This document shows positions 1 to 11,119 of a stretch of DNA of 64,000 nucleotides, piece by piece (within the stretch, counting starts at the first letter, position 1; each line of letters begins with the position of its first letter). The stretch is taken from contig NW_024704746.1 in the NCBI RefSeq assembly GCF_018977255.1, positions 10,168,001 through 10,232,000 of the forward strand. Reading direction: 5' to 3'. The notes under the pieces are model-generated. The model saw only the letters and a program-made list of their open reading frames with translations, was not told where the DNA came from and ran no database searches. The DNA comes from Callorhinchus milii (lineage: Eukaryota). Position numbers and translations under genes: made by a program.

Positions 1-2024
1 GATCACTTAATCCGAAGTACGGGAAATAAACTAATCTTGAAATTAACTGAGACACTGGGATGGTTTAAGGGAGCATAATATCCCAAACCAATCAGCAGAA
101 TGCTTAGGCTCACTCGACTCTCTCAATCTGTTCCATTGACTGAGCCAACTGGCTGGTAACCGACTCAACTTGTTAATGGACTGCAGCAACCTGCTTGTGA
201 CAAAGTTTGATATAATTGTATCCTGCGGGTACATGGTACCAAATGTCTATCAATTCCTTATGCCTTTGAGCTTTGTCGTGCTGCAATTTTTAATGGATTA
301 CAAGTGAAAAGCAAAGATCTAAAAAAGCAAAGTGTCTCCATCTGGTATTCTAACACTGGAGCAGTTCCATTGCTGGATATGACTCATACCTGTCTCCCAA
401 TCCAATTATACCTTTCCTTTAAAATGCTTGTTTTCCATTACAGTGAACGGAAGGTGTCTCCCTGTGCAGAGGAACGCTCCATCTCTGGGGCAGGCAGAAC
501 AAATCGCTTCCCCATTCTCTATCACAGCTCACAGCCACCTCCACTCGGTGGTTGTGGAGTAGCAATGGAGGTGCGGGTTATAAAGGAGGGGAAAAATAAA
601 TATTACTTCAAGAAAATCTGAAATGAATTGAACAATTTAATCATAGAATCTTACAACAAAGAAGGAGGAGATTGTGCCTGTGCCAGCTCTTTAAAAGAGC
701 TGTCCAACTAGCCCCCACTACCCCCACTAATAATTATGTTAACTGAAATACATTGCACCATTCATTAGTTGTGTCATGAGGTGAGGTGGGTGGATTTGCA
801 TTGAATGGTTATAACTGCAAATGTGTTTTGTAGCCAGATTCCTCTTATTTCAAATTACATCTAAAAATTCTTTGGATGTAAATTGGTATCATTTCAGCTT
901 GTCGAACTCTGGTGAAGACGAAAACAACAGCTTGTCTCTTGCAAACATACGGGACATATGGCTGAACAGCTGGAGCTTTCTCAGCTGTAACTAGTGGAAA
1001 GACATGAAATCTGAATGAAGTGTTCGCTCAGGAATTTTACTATCCCAGGGTCCAACTAGCAGGAATGAATCTAATGCTCTCGGATTGAAAGTGGTTGGGT
1101 TTGATCCAGCCTTTGTGAACCAGGCTTTGTACTCCAGTCAGATGTGCTCATCTGCCTCTTTTGGAAGGCACACATCTCATTCACACTCACACAGTCAGAA
1201 TCCTACATACGTTCCCTGAGAATATAAAAAAATAATGAAGGACTCACAAGAAGAAGCAAAGACATACTTATTTCCTGCTGAAACTCAACTACCGACCCTT
1301 TAGTTGGTGATTCCGTATTGTGCAGTATTTAGGATTTGTTAATTCGAATAATCCCTTTACAATAATTGTAATAATTGTAATAATAATCCCTCCAAAACAA
1401 AAATAAAAAAAATTGGTCATTTTCAATCCACGAGTGTTTGAGGGACACTGCTGTGCGCAATTGGCTGCCACGTTTCGCCCACAAATATACAGTCAATTCA
1501 CTTTACAGTGAAGCGCTTTGAGATGTCGAAGACATGAAAAGCGCTATATCAAATGCAAGGATTATTATTTATTATTATAATAATTCCTTAAAAAAATTAT
1601 AATAATAATCTGGTCACTCAATCCATGACTGTTTGTGGGACACTGCTGTGTGCAATTGGCTGCCGCACTTCACCCACAAAATATACAGTTAATTCACTTT
1701 AGTATATTCTGTGAAGTGCTTTGAAGCATCTCAAAGACATGATAAGGTGCTATATCAAATTCAAGGATTATTATTATTATTATTATCTGGTTCCGATTTT
1801 GTTCTGTGAAGTTATGTTCTAGTAGAGCAAGAGGTTTTGGAATGTACATTGTGGTGCAAGTCAAGCATATTGAGATCCTGAGTCAGAAACGCCAGGGCAA
1901 AAGGAAAAGCAGGCACTGAATACGGTTCATAAAGAGCCATTTCAAGAGCAGACACTGGGTAGAGTTTGTTTGCTTGTAGCTCATTAAACACAGCAGTACT
2001 CTCACACTTTCTGCTGAACATGAG

Positions 2025-2366
2025 ATAGAGCTCTTTAGCCATGAAAAGAGACATCTCAGACAGGACCTTTTAGACATATATAAAATGCTAAATGGGGATT
2101 GAAAAGAGTAATCCCAAAACAGCAGGACGAGAGGATACAAGTTTAGGGTTCAAAAGCAAGTATTTCCTTTAATACAGGAAGTATTTCTTTACAAGGAATG
2201 TAATTGACAATGGGAACAGGTTACCAAGAAAGGGTGGTTGACACCATGAACTCAATTAAGAAACGGCTTGATTATGTGATATAAGGACAGATGGGTGGGT
2301 ATTCTGGAAGGATGAGATCAGATGGGCCAAAGGACTTCTTTATCCGAACCTCTCTTGTGATCTTGT
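2025..2366 (+). mobile_element. CR1-clade LINE 3' fragment (other CR1 remnants: 5405-5700 -, 8405-8600 -, 25130-25300 +, 29500-29790 -, 52520-52640 +, 53100-53290 -, 58150-58250 +)
   Basis: Decayed ORF2 end (D L . . . Y K . L N G I E K; TRG.KF; KYFFT..VI..GN.LP) followed by gatgggccaaagg...tcttgtgatcttgt tail. Confidence 0.75.
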
Positions 2367-3141
2367 CTGACTGCCTGAACTAAATGCACTAAGCATAACA
2401 ACTGGAGAAGATTATATCCAGATAACGAATGCTATGCAGTGATAATGAATGGTTGGCTATCGGCATTCGGTACTTGGAGAGAACTTCTGTGTTTATGAGC
2501 ATTCTGTAATGGCAGTCTGCTTGATAATCATTGCCATACAACAAACAATCTTTATAACATGTAGTGCGGAGGTTGTGGTTTTATGTTTTCTGATTTGGAC
2601 CCGTTGTTTGCCAGTCCCTGGTCAGGATCCTCAATGTAGTTGATGGTAATCCCACACTGAAGCTGTGAATGGTGCTGTTATTTTATTACTGATATTGTGT
2701 TCTAATTATTAGGTTATTAAATGGGTTAGCAAATGACAAACACCAGGTAAACACCAGGTACAGCACCCCATTGCCACATGACAGTACAATGTCATAAATA
2801 ACATTATGTTTGGATACAGTGTGCAGAGCCACACACCATGATGCTTGTTTGGAGACGGTAACTCATCCAAAGGAGGGGAGATACTGCTGGTAACATGTAA
2901 TCGTAATCTCAGCCCTTTGCTTTGTAGCACATTATATACAGCAATATGGTCTGGGTGTTGCTCTTTGTTTAATCTGCTTCTAGCCACACTAGTCTGGACA
3001 TCACGTTTTATATGACTGAATTCTGGCAGTGCCGTTTAGTTTCAAGGTGCGTTTTCGCGCCAATGCTGACATTGTAAAAGCTACAGTATGATAAAAAGCT
3101 AAATGCATGCGGTATTTCCTCATTGTGTTTTTGCATTCCAG

Positions 3142-3218
3142 TCGACCGTCCTGCTATGGAGCCTTCCAAGTTTGTTTCTGTACCTCCCAAACACCCAGAC
3201 AAGATGGAATTTGATGAG
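3142..3218 (+). CDS. COLGALT2: Procollagen galactosyltransferase 2, internal coding exon (equivalent to human exon 7, 77 nt)
   Basis: ttccag|TC...GAG|gtgaga. Translates (x)DRPAMEPSKFVSVPPKHPDKMEFDE, matching the COLGALT DRPPMEPS...PDKMGFDE segment. Splice phase is continuous with the next exon. Confidence 0.93.
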
Positions 3219-4019
3219 GTGAGAGAAGGTGCACCACTTTAATACCACAGTCATTCTGAGCTCTTGGTCAGAAATGATTATTGAAGCATGAAAAGCCAGG
3301 GGGTCTTTTACAGTTCAACAGGATCCTTAACAACAGAATTTGGATCCTAATCACAAAACTAAGTCAAGCAGCACGGACCCTTATTAAATTGAGAGAACCG
3401 ATTCCTTCTTAAGGATGAGGTTTGGCCAAAATATAAAGAGTTTCATTTCTATTTTCATTGAAAAATGTATTGTCGAGTTGTTAATTCTGTTGTTCTGTGC
3501 CTCCTCTTCCCCTATCTTCCCCTTTTGCTGAGCTCTTCCTCTATCTCATCATTAGACCGATTATCATAATAGTAATCCCATAGCATTATGCCGTGGTCGC
3601 GCACAAAGGGTTAAATTGTTTAGTTAACATCAGGTGAGCCCATGTTGGAAGCAGGTGCTTTGCAGATTGTGAAACTACGTTTTGCCCACAAAATAAACAG
3701 TCAACCCACTTCACAGTATATTCCGTGAAGCGCTTTGAGACGTTTCAACATGACAAGGCGCTATATTAAATTCAAGGATTATTATATCATTATTATGTGT
3801 GTCCTGAGAACTAAAGCAGAAAAGTTCCATGGAAGCAAAAAGCACTGGGATAAACCAAAGACATAGGGTGCTGTTCTGCTTTGTCCATGATTATAAGCGC
3901 ACAAAGAGCACAGAAATATGCCCTCCTCCCCCATTGTATATAAAATAAGCAAAACTTTAATGCTTATGTGCGATCCTGACTTTGCTGGTTAATCACTTGC
4001 CTTGAACTTGTTTCTTTAG

Positions 4020-4126
4020 ATCTTCCTGATAAACCTGAAGCGCAGGCAGGACCGCAGAGATCGAATGCTCCGAACCCTTGAAGCACAAGAGATAGACGTC
4101 AAGGTGGTGGACGCTGTGGATGGGAA
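4020..4126 (+). CDS. COLGALT2: COLGALT2 coding exon (equivalent to exon 8, 107 nt)
   Basis: tttag|ATC...AA|gtaagt. [35 protein letters not shown](K), the start of the GT25 domain (INLxRRxDR motif). Confidence 0.96.
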
Positions 4127-5181
4127 GTAAGTCCTGAAGAAAATAACAGCTCTGAACGGAAATGTTTATGTTTACACGTCGTTGACCAATAACGTCGGAA
4201 ATTAGGTGCGGCTTTAGGTTTGGCAGGAGGTTAACTTGAATTGGTTCCCGATACAAATACTGTACATCTGTCTAATGCACTGCTCCTGCCTTCTCCTGCT
4301 CTGTGGGATGGTCTGTGGTACTCCCTAACAAGCCAAGAATATAAAATGTACTCACACATGGTGGAACACTTTCCCAGCGCCAGGCATGGTACAGTGTTTC
4401 ACATTCCAAACATTTGTAGCAGGATGTAATTTTCTAACCTTAGCATGGGAATTGTAACAATTTCTAATGATTACATACGTCAAACTGAATCAGTTCCAGG
4501 TTATTTGTAAAATTCAATTCCCGACCACCCATGCCTCCACGATCTGTAATATCAAGCTCGTATTGCTTGTCTATTTAGCAGTTTAGACAGTGTTGAATGT
4601 TCAACGAATGCACTATTTCAAAGTCGCACAGATCCACACTAGTTTATACCGTACATCTCACAGTGAATCACCTTAACAGTGTCTAGTGCAGAATTTAAGC
4701 AGCAGTGAATACCTGGGTTACTTGTTCTTCCCTCAAACATAGGGTCTATTATGCACCATGTGCAAACGCATGTGTAGAGAAAGAAAGAATTACAGGCACC
4801 CTTAACAATAATAATAATTCTTACATTTGATGTAGTGTCTTATCACATCATTTCAATGTCTCAAAGCGCTTCACAGGACATACTGTAAAGTGTATCTTGT
4901 GGGCAAAACAGGGCAACCAATTGAATACAGCAACGTCCCGCAAACAGCCATGGAGCGAGTGACCAATTTTTATTTGGAGGATTGTTGGCAAGGATACCGG
5001 GAGAAACTCTCTTCACTTTTCAGATAGTGCCGTGGGATCTTTAACGTTCACCTGAACAGACCGACGAATACTTCCCTGGTTTAATCTCAGATTATAATTA
5101 CAGGGCAACAAAGTACGCATGCTACACTGAGACTTGAAAAGAAATGCAACATAATAACACGCTGCCTGTTTCCACTGACAG

Positions 5182-5314
5182 AGCTCTGAACACAAGCCAT
5201 CTCAAAGCACTGAACATAGAAATGCTGCCTGGATACCAGGACCCGTACTCAGGGAGAATATTGACACGAGGAGAAATTGGCTGCTTCTTGAGCCATTACT
5301 ACATTTGGAAAGAG
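5182..5314 (+). CDS. COLGALT2: COLGALT2 coding exon (equivalent to exon 9, 133 nt)
   Basis: gacag|A...GAG|gtaaga. [44 protein letters not shown], containing the GT25 motif GEIGCFLSH. Confidence 0.96.
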
Positions 5315-6733
5315 GTAAGACAACACTGACTGTCTGCTCCATCGAATTTTCTTGGAGGCTGTATTGTTAGACATTCTCCATCCATCACTGAGACAATTGG
5401 CCTGAAATTCACAAGATTAGTTCAGATGAAGATGGCCCTTTAGCCTATTTGAACATGTCCTTCCAGATTACCTACCTCATGTCCTCCCATCATAGCATCA
5501 AGCTGTTTTTTTTAATTGAGTCCAGCACCCCGGCTTCAATCACCCTTTCCGATAATTTGTTCCAATCATTAATTACCCTCTGGATAAAGAAATACCGATG
5601 TCTGTCCTAAAATTGTGCATTGCAACCCTGAACCTATGTTCTCTTGTTCTCTCGTCTCTGTGCATCTGAAAGTATTATTCCAGGTTTACTTTTTCAATCC
5701 CATAGTTCTTAATGGGATTCCTTAATAAAGAATCTGAGTTGAGTAAATGTGAATCCTTTCCAATAATGCCATTTCCAGAGCGGACTTCCATCCTGTTGAT
5801 TGGAATTCTAACATGATTTCTTATTAAGGAACGCTGTTGAGAAATACCGCAAATTAGATCCCAATACCTCTACAGTTACACACCACTTTGGAATTGCCAA
5901 GATACAGGCACAGGGCTTATACATTACATTGCACACATCAAGTCCAGTCAGAGGAGTGCATATTGTCATGTCTTTCCTCAGCTTGTGCTCTGGATGTAGA
6001 CATCTGTTTTTAAGAAAACGCTGCTCAAAAATAGCTCCATTCGCCAACTTTGAGAATGAGTAGGTTTGAGAACAGATGAGGTAGTGTGGTAATAACAGGT
6101 TGGAATAACCAGACAAACAAGCACTGACCACAGTCATTAGTTAGAGGAGAATTGCTGCAGGGAAACAGAAGTGTTTAACAAAGAGAGTAGCGCCACCTGC
6201 AGCTGTGACAGGGAAACACAAGGCTTAAATTAACTAGTTTCACATGAAGGAGGGAAAGAGAGTCAGTTTAATCACAAGAGGTGTTTGGAATGAAGAAAGC
6301 CCCAGAGGCCCATTTGCAAAATGCTAAATTATACTTGAGTTGACACTGAATGTTTAGCATTGCTACTGATTCTGACACCAAATCCGCTCCATTAAACTAC
6401 ACCGAGATTGAGGAATGCAGGACAATTCTGGTTATTTTCCCCACTGCCATCGTGTTTTTAGGTAGGCAAAAATCGGTGCCATTCGGTATTTTTGAAATGA
6501 CTTAATTGATTTTTTTAACACACAGGGAATGTCACAGCCAGAAACCATTCAGCCCAACTAGTCAATGCTAGTGTTTGTACTCCACACCAGCCTCTGCCTC
6601 CTCTAATCCCTAGTTCCTATTCCCCTCCATCAGCTTCTCCCTCTCAGATCTTGTATTGCAATAACCCAGCTTTTCAATAATTTTGGCAAATGTACTCCTG
6701 TATGTCGGGATTTTGAATTCACGTAGTCTAGGC

Positions 6734-6957
6734 CAGTGGTGGCCAACCTTTATAGTTGTTCAACAATATACCTTTTCTTGATTGAATGTTTATTTATACC
6801 TTAAATCAAGAAATATTCAATCAAGCAAAAACCGAAAACACTACACTACCGATTGAACACGGATTTACCTAGACTCGTGTGAATGTTCAGGTGAGAGGCC
6901 ACTTCTTCACCATCCCTGGGCCACTTTCAGCCCGCGGGCCAAGTTTGGCCACCTCTA
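6734..6957. mobile_element. hAT (Charlie-type) non-autonomous DNA transposon / MITE inserted inside a DeuSINE
   Basis: TIRs CAGTGGTGGCCAA / ttggccacctcta (11 of 13 match). Subterminal gcccgcgggcc. 8-bp TSD gtctaggc (6726-6733) / gtccaggc (6958-6965). Removing it rejoins the SINE sequence. Confidence 0.8.
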
Positions 6958-7481
6958 GTCCAGGCTGACACTCCAGTCCAATGCTGGAGGGGCGCAGCAT
7001 TGTTTGAGGTGCCGTTCCTGGAACGAAACATTAAACCAAGGTCTCATCTGCCTGTTCAGGTGTACAGGTGGGCATTAAGGATCCCATGACACTGTTCAAA
7101 AAGAGGAGGGAGATTTCCCCCAGCGTCCTGGCCAACAATCCCCCAAATAAAATTGGTCAGTCACTTCAGAGCTATTTTATTATTATTATTATTTGTGGGA
7201 CATTGCTGTGTGCAAACTGGATATCGCATTTACTTGCAAAATTACGGTCATTACATTTTGCTTTCAATCTTACAAACTGCTTTGAGGTATCCTCCTGATG
7301 TGAAAGGGACCATATCAAAAGCAAGGATTATTATTATTTTATTGTGCTATTCCAATGTTTCTATTTACCTCTCATACACAAGTTTTAAACAGTCTGAGAC
7401 GCTGCCCTGGAGGGCGCCATATAAGTGCAAGTTGTTGTTGATGTGGGTTGAACCCTGTACGTCCTTGTGTCTCTTGTCTAG

Positions 7482-7609
7482 ATGGTTGATCGAGATCTGA
7501 AGCAATCCCTTGTGTTGGAAGATGATGTGAGGTTTGAGCCACAGTTTCGGAAAAAGATAATGAAACTAATGGCGGATGTTGAAGACAGTCAGCTGGACTG
7601 GGATCTGAT
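7482..7609 (+). CDS. COLGALT2: COLGALT2 coding exon (equivalent to exon 10, 128 nt)
   Basis: tctag|ATG...AT|gtgagt. MVDRDLKQSLVLEDDVRFEPQFRKKIMKLMADVEDSQLDWDL(I), with the EDD and DWD acidic motifs intact. Confidence 0.95.
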
Positions 7610-8039
7610 GTGAGTCTAACACTATTTAAACGATTTCAAAAAAAACTCAGCCTAATACTGCAAGACTAGACTAGGTGTCCACAGAGTGTCATGTGTTGGA
7701 GAACAGCCCAGTATCCTTCTCTTATTGGGGTCAGATACCTGCTGGTATGTGTTCCTAATTGGATTTTCCATCATTTGAACAGTAATTCACCAGACTGAGT
7801 AAATTGGTTTGGCTTATTAGTATAGTTAGCACATAAGCAACAACTGAATGAATGTCATGCTGTACATTGAATGCTACTTTACTATTCTGTTCATAAGGTT
7901 ATTATTTCATGAATTATCAATTTGTAAAACAGAATCAACTTCAAACACCTTTTTGATGTTAAGCAACTCAAATACATGAGTGCTCTGCTTTATACTGGTT
8001 CATGGCAGCTCTTTATCTCTTTGCAGCTCTACCTCCTTA

Positions 8040-8358
8040 TAATAAATAATCCTTGCATTTGATATAGCGCTTTTCACGTCGGGAGGACGTCCCAAAGCGC
8101 TTCACAGAACACACTGTAAAGTGAATTGACTGTATATTTGTGGGCGAACGCGGCAGCCAATTGCGCACAGCAATGTCCCACAAACAGTCGTAGATTGAAA
8201 ATGACCAATTTATTATTCTTTTTGGTTTTTTGGAGGGATTATTATTAGGCTCTGTGTGGAGTAAGGAAACTTGCCCAAGGTTTCGCCCTCTGCCTGGAAT
8301 TGAACTCAGGTCTCTCACTTGCAAAGCGAGTGCTCTAACCACTGAGCTACAGGACTCC
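8040..8358 (-). mobile_element. tRNA-derived SINE, short DeuSINE-type family, full-length young copy
   Basis: Head GGAGTCCTGTAGCTCAGTGGTTAGAGCACTCGC...GAGTTCAATTCC (A/B boxes), Deu-like core tgtgcgcaattggctgccgcg, and L2-like tail ending caaatgcaaggattatt. Confidence 0.88.
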
Positions 8359-8619
8359 TTGCCTTGGCTATACAACTCACAATACCCTTATTTCCCAAAT
8401 ATCTATTGATCTCCTTTAAAAACGCTTGATCACATCTCATCTCATCCTTCCACAATGCTATCCTAACATCTTCCAATCACAACATAATCTACACTATTTT
8501 TAAACAAGTCCAGCATTCTGGTCTCAACCACTGTTCCTGACAACCTGTTCCAGTCGTTAATTACTCTCTGGGTAAAGGAAAAACATTGTGGTGTCTTAAC
8601 CTACAATTGCCCTTCGCAA

Positions 8620-8828
8620 CTGACTTGGCACCCGAGCTGCGGGTGGAAGCCAGGGGGTGGGTGGGGAAAGGAAAAATAGCTGAAAGCGCAAACGAAGACA
8701 TAGGTCTTGAGATGGACCTTGAACGAGGTGAGGGGTGGAGAGAGTTTGAGGCACAAGTTGGAGTTCCAGAAAGTGGGGGGCACATAGGCTAAAAGCCCAG
8801 CCTCCGATGGTGGGGCAGGTACAATGGA
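8620..8828 (-). mobile_element. Diverged L2 3' fragment in a COLGALT2 intron (similar remnants near 16255-16440, 36610-36840, 47330-47540, 51280-51480)
   Basis: Reverse complement matches the L2 3' motifs ccaccatcggaggctgggc, ctggaactcc and ttcaaggtccatctcaagacc. Confidence 0.7.
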
Positions 8829-9070
8829 GAATTGATTCAGGACAGTGTTTGTTGAGCAAAGGGGTATCAGCTTTCTATTCTGTGAGCATTGCTGTGACCC
8901 ACAAATCCCCAATCATTCCCGACGTGTCGCTTGGTTGCTATTTAGACGTGTGTCTGGATTTATGGCACAAATAATTTCTGTGCCATCAGCTGTTATGATG
9001 ATGGGTTTGACATCCAGTTTAAACCAGGTCTGACCATCCTTCCCCTGTTGTTTGTTATTGCCTGGTCCAG

Positions 9071-9277
9071 TTACATCGGTCGGAAGCGGATGCAGGTGGA
9101 AAGGCCGGAGAAGTCCGTGCCTGGCGTTAAGAACCTGGTGGAAGCGGATTATTCCTACTGGACTTTGGGCTATATCATATCCCTGCAGGGGTCCAAGAAG
9201 CTGCTGGCGGCTGAACCTTTCGGGAAGATGCTGCCGGTGGATGAATTTCTCCCCATCATGTACAACAAACATCCCGT
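9071..9277 (+). CDS. COLGALT2: COLGALT2 coding exon (equivalent to exon 11, 207 nt)
   Basis: tccag|T...GT|gtaagt. [68 protein letters not shown](V). YIGR, TLGY, FGKM and MYNKHP favour COLGALT2 over COLGALT1 (comparison from recalled human sequences). Confidence 0.95.
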
Positions 9278-10845
9278 GTAAGTTACTGAAGATCAGGCCT
9301 TCACTGTGATGGCTCTTTTTATTATAATGATAATCCTTGCATTTGATACAGCAAGAATTCTTTGAGACGTCTCAATGCACTTCACAGAATATATTATTAT
9401 AAAGTGGATTGACTCTGTGTTTTGTGGGCAAAACTCAGCAGTCAGTTGCACGGAGCAGTGGCTTGAATGACAACTTTTTTTAAAAAAAAGCCCCCCCCCC
9501 CCAGATAAACAGAGGCTTGTGCAGTAGGGAAACTCGCCAAGGTTTTAAAAATAAGAATAAATGGGTCACTTCAATCCACAACTGTTTGTGGGACGCTGCT
9601 GTACCCAATTGCCTGCCGCATTTCGCCTACAAAATATACAGTCAATTCACTTCATATTCTGTGAAGCGCTTTGCAACGTCTTGAAGACGAATTAAGGCGC
9701 TATATCAAATGCAAGGATTATTATTATTATTATTAGCAGTGTGTTCGCCTTCAAGAGCACATGAAGAGTTGTTGGGAGGGACCCATTTCCTGACAGAGCA
9801 TCGTACGTGGCAGCAGGCAATCCATTAAGAAAACAAAAAGAGAGGGAAGGGAGTATAAAAAATGTATTTAAACTAAAACATAACGAATTAAGCTGAATGT
9901 TCAATCTGCCAAGTTTTATGATGTTACTATCACAGTTGTTTAAACATTCCTTTGCCTTGAGAGATGGACTGACACAGTGTATATTCTCAGTCTATCTGCG
10001 AGGGGAGCTTTGGCACAGTGGCTCTGTCACTCTCTCTATAGAGCTGGGGCTCCACACATAATGCAGAGCATTGTTCCTCTCCCTGGCTCTCACTTGGTTT
10101 AGAAACACACTCCGCTCCAGCTGACACACAAGTGAAGTGGGACAAAGCCATGCCTTGTAAGGTTTCACTCCATCCGAGCTCCTAGATTCAATTGAAATGC
10201 CTTTCATTGCAAATGTAAAATAAATAGAACCAAAATATTGAAACCGATGTAGCACAACAGTGGAATACCAAAAATATTACACCATTCTGTCTGTCTCCTG
10301 ACCAACTGGATCTAGCAAAACCCATCCTTGCCTACAATATACAGTCTGCAGTCACTACAGTGAATTCTGTTAAGTGCTTTCAGGCATCTCCCTAGAATGA
10401 AAGGCGTAATATCAAATATATGAATAATTATTGTTGTCATTATCTTTTAAGAATGAAGGGACTTCAGTTTAATGTCTCCATTTGAAGAATGGCATCTCTA
10501 ACAAAACAGCGCACTCCCAGCACTATTTCGGTGTCAACCAATGTCTCACTGGCAAGCTATATGGTTTTAGATGATTAAACTCCAGGAGTTACCCCAACTC
10601 TGGAGTCCTGAAGTCTTGGCTCCCACCAACCTGTGCCTGCTAAATACTATGTGATTCAAAGCCCTGACTTGGGTGGTTGAAAGTGTGTGTTGGGGTACTG
10701 CTGGCGTCTAACCAGCTAAACCACATAGCTTGCCATTGATATCTCTGTCTGGCAAGCTTTTTTTTTATATAATGCATTACTTTGTGAAGCGTTTCTCCAA
10801 TTGGCTTTTAAAACAACTGATGGTCTCTGATTCTATTTTTCGCAG

Positions 10846-11119
10846 GAAAAATTACATGGAATTCTACAAGCCTCGAGACTTGAAAGCCTTCTCAGCTGAG
10901 CCGCTGTTGGTTTTCCCGACACACTACACCGGAGAAGAGGGTTACTTCAGTGACACTGAAACCTCCACAATCTGGGACAATACAAACGTGCCTACAGACT
11001 GGAACCGCAAGCACTCAAGGAAAACCAGGGAGCAAGGGGAGATCAGCACTGAAGCCCAGAACACGGACGCACTTCATCCCCCACCCCCAATTGACACCGC
11101 CTTTCGGGACGAACTATGA
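10846..11119 (+). CDS. COLGALT2: COLGALT2 terminal coding exon with C-terminal RDEL ER-retrieval signal
   Basis: cgcag|G AAA AAT TAC... to TGA at 11117-11119. KNYMEFYKPRDLKAFSAEPLLVFPTHYTGEEGYFSDTETSTIWDN...PIDTAFRDEL*. RDLKAFSAE and STIWDN are COLGALT2-type. Confidence 0.95.

Noticed and set aside
1-3141. Search for the preceding COLGALT2 exon (human exon 6 equivalent)
   Set aside because: No matching peptide found. The short ORFs here are SINE/CR1-derived or random, so upstream exons lie outside the window.
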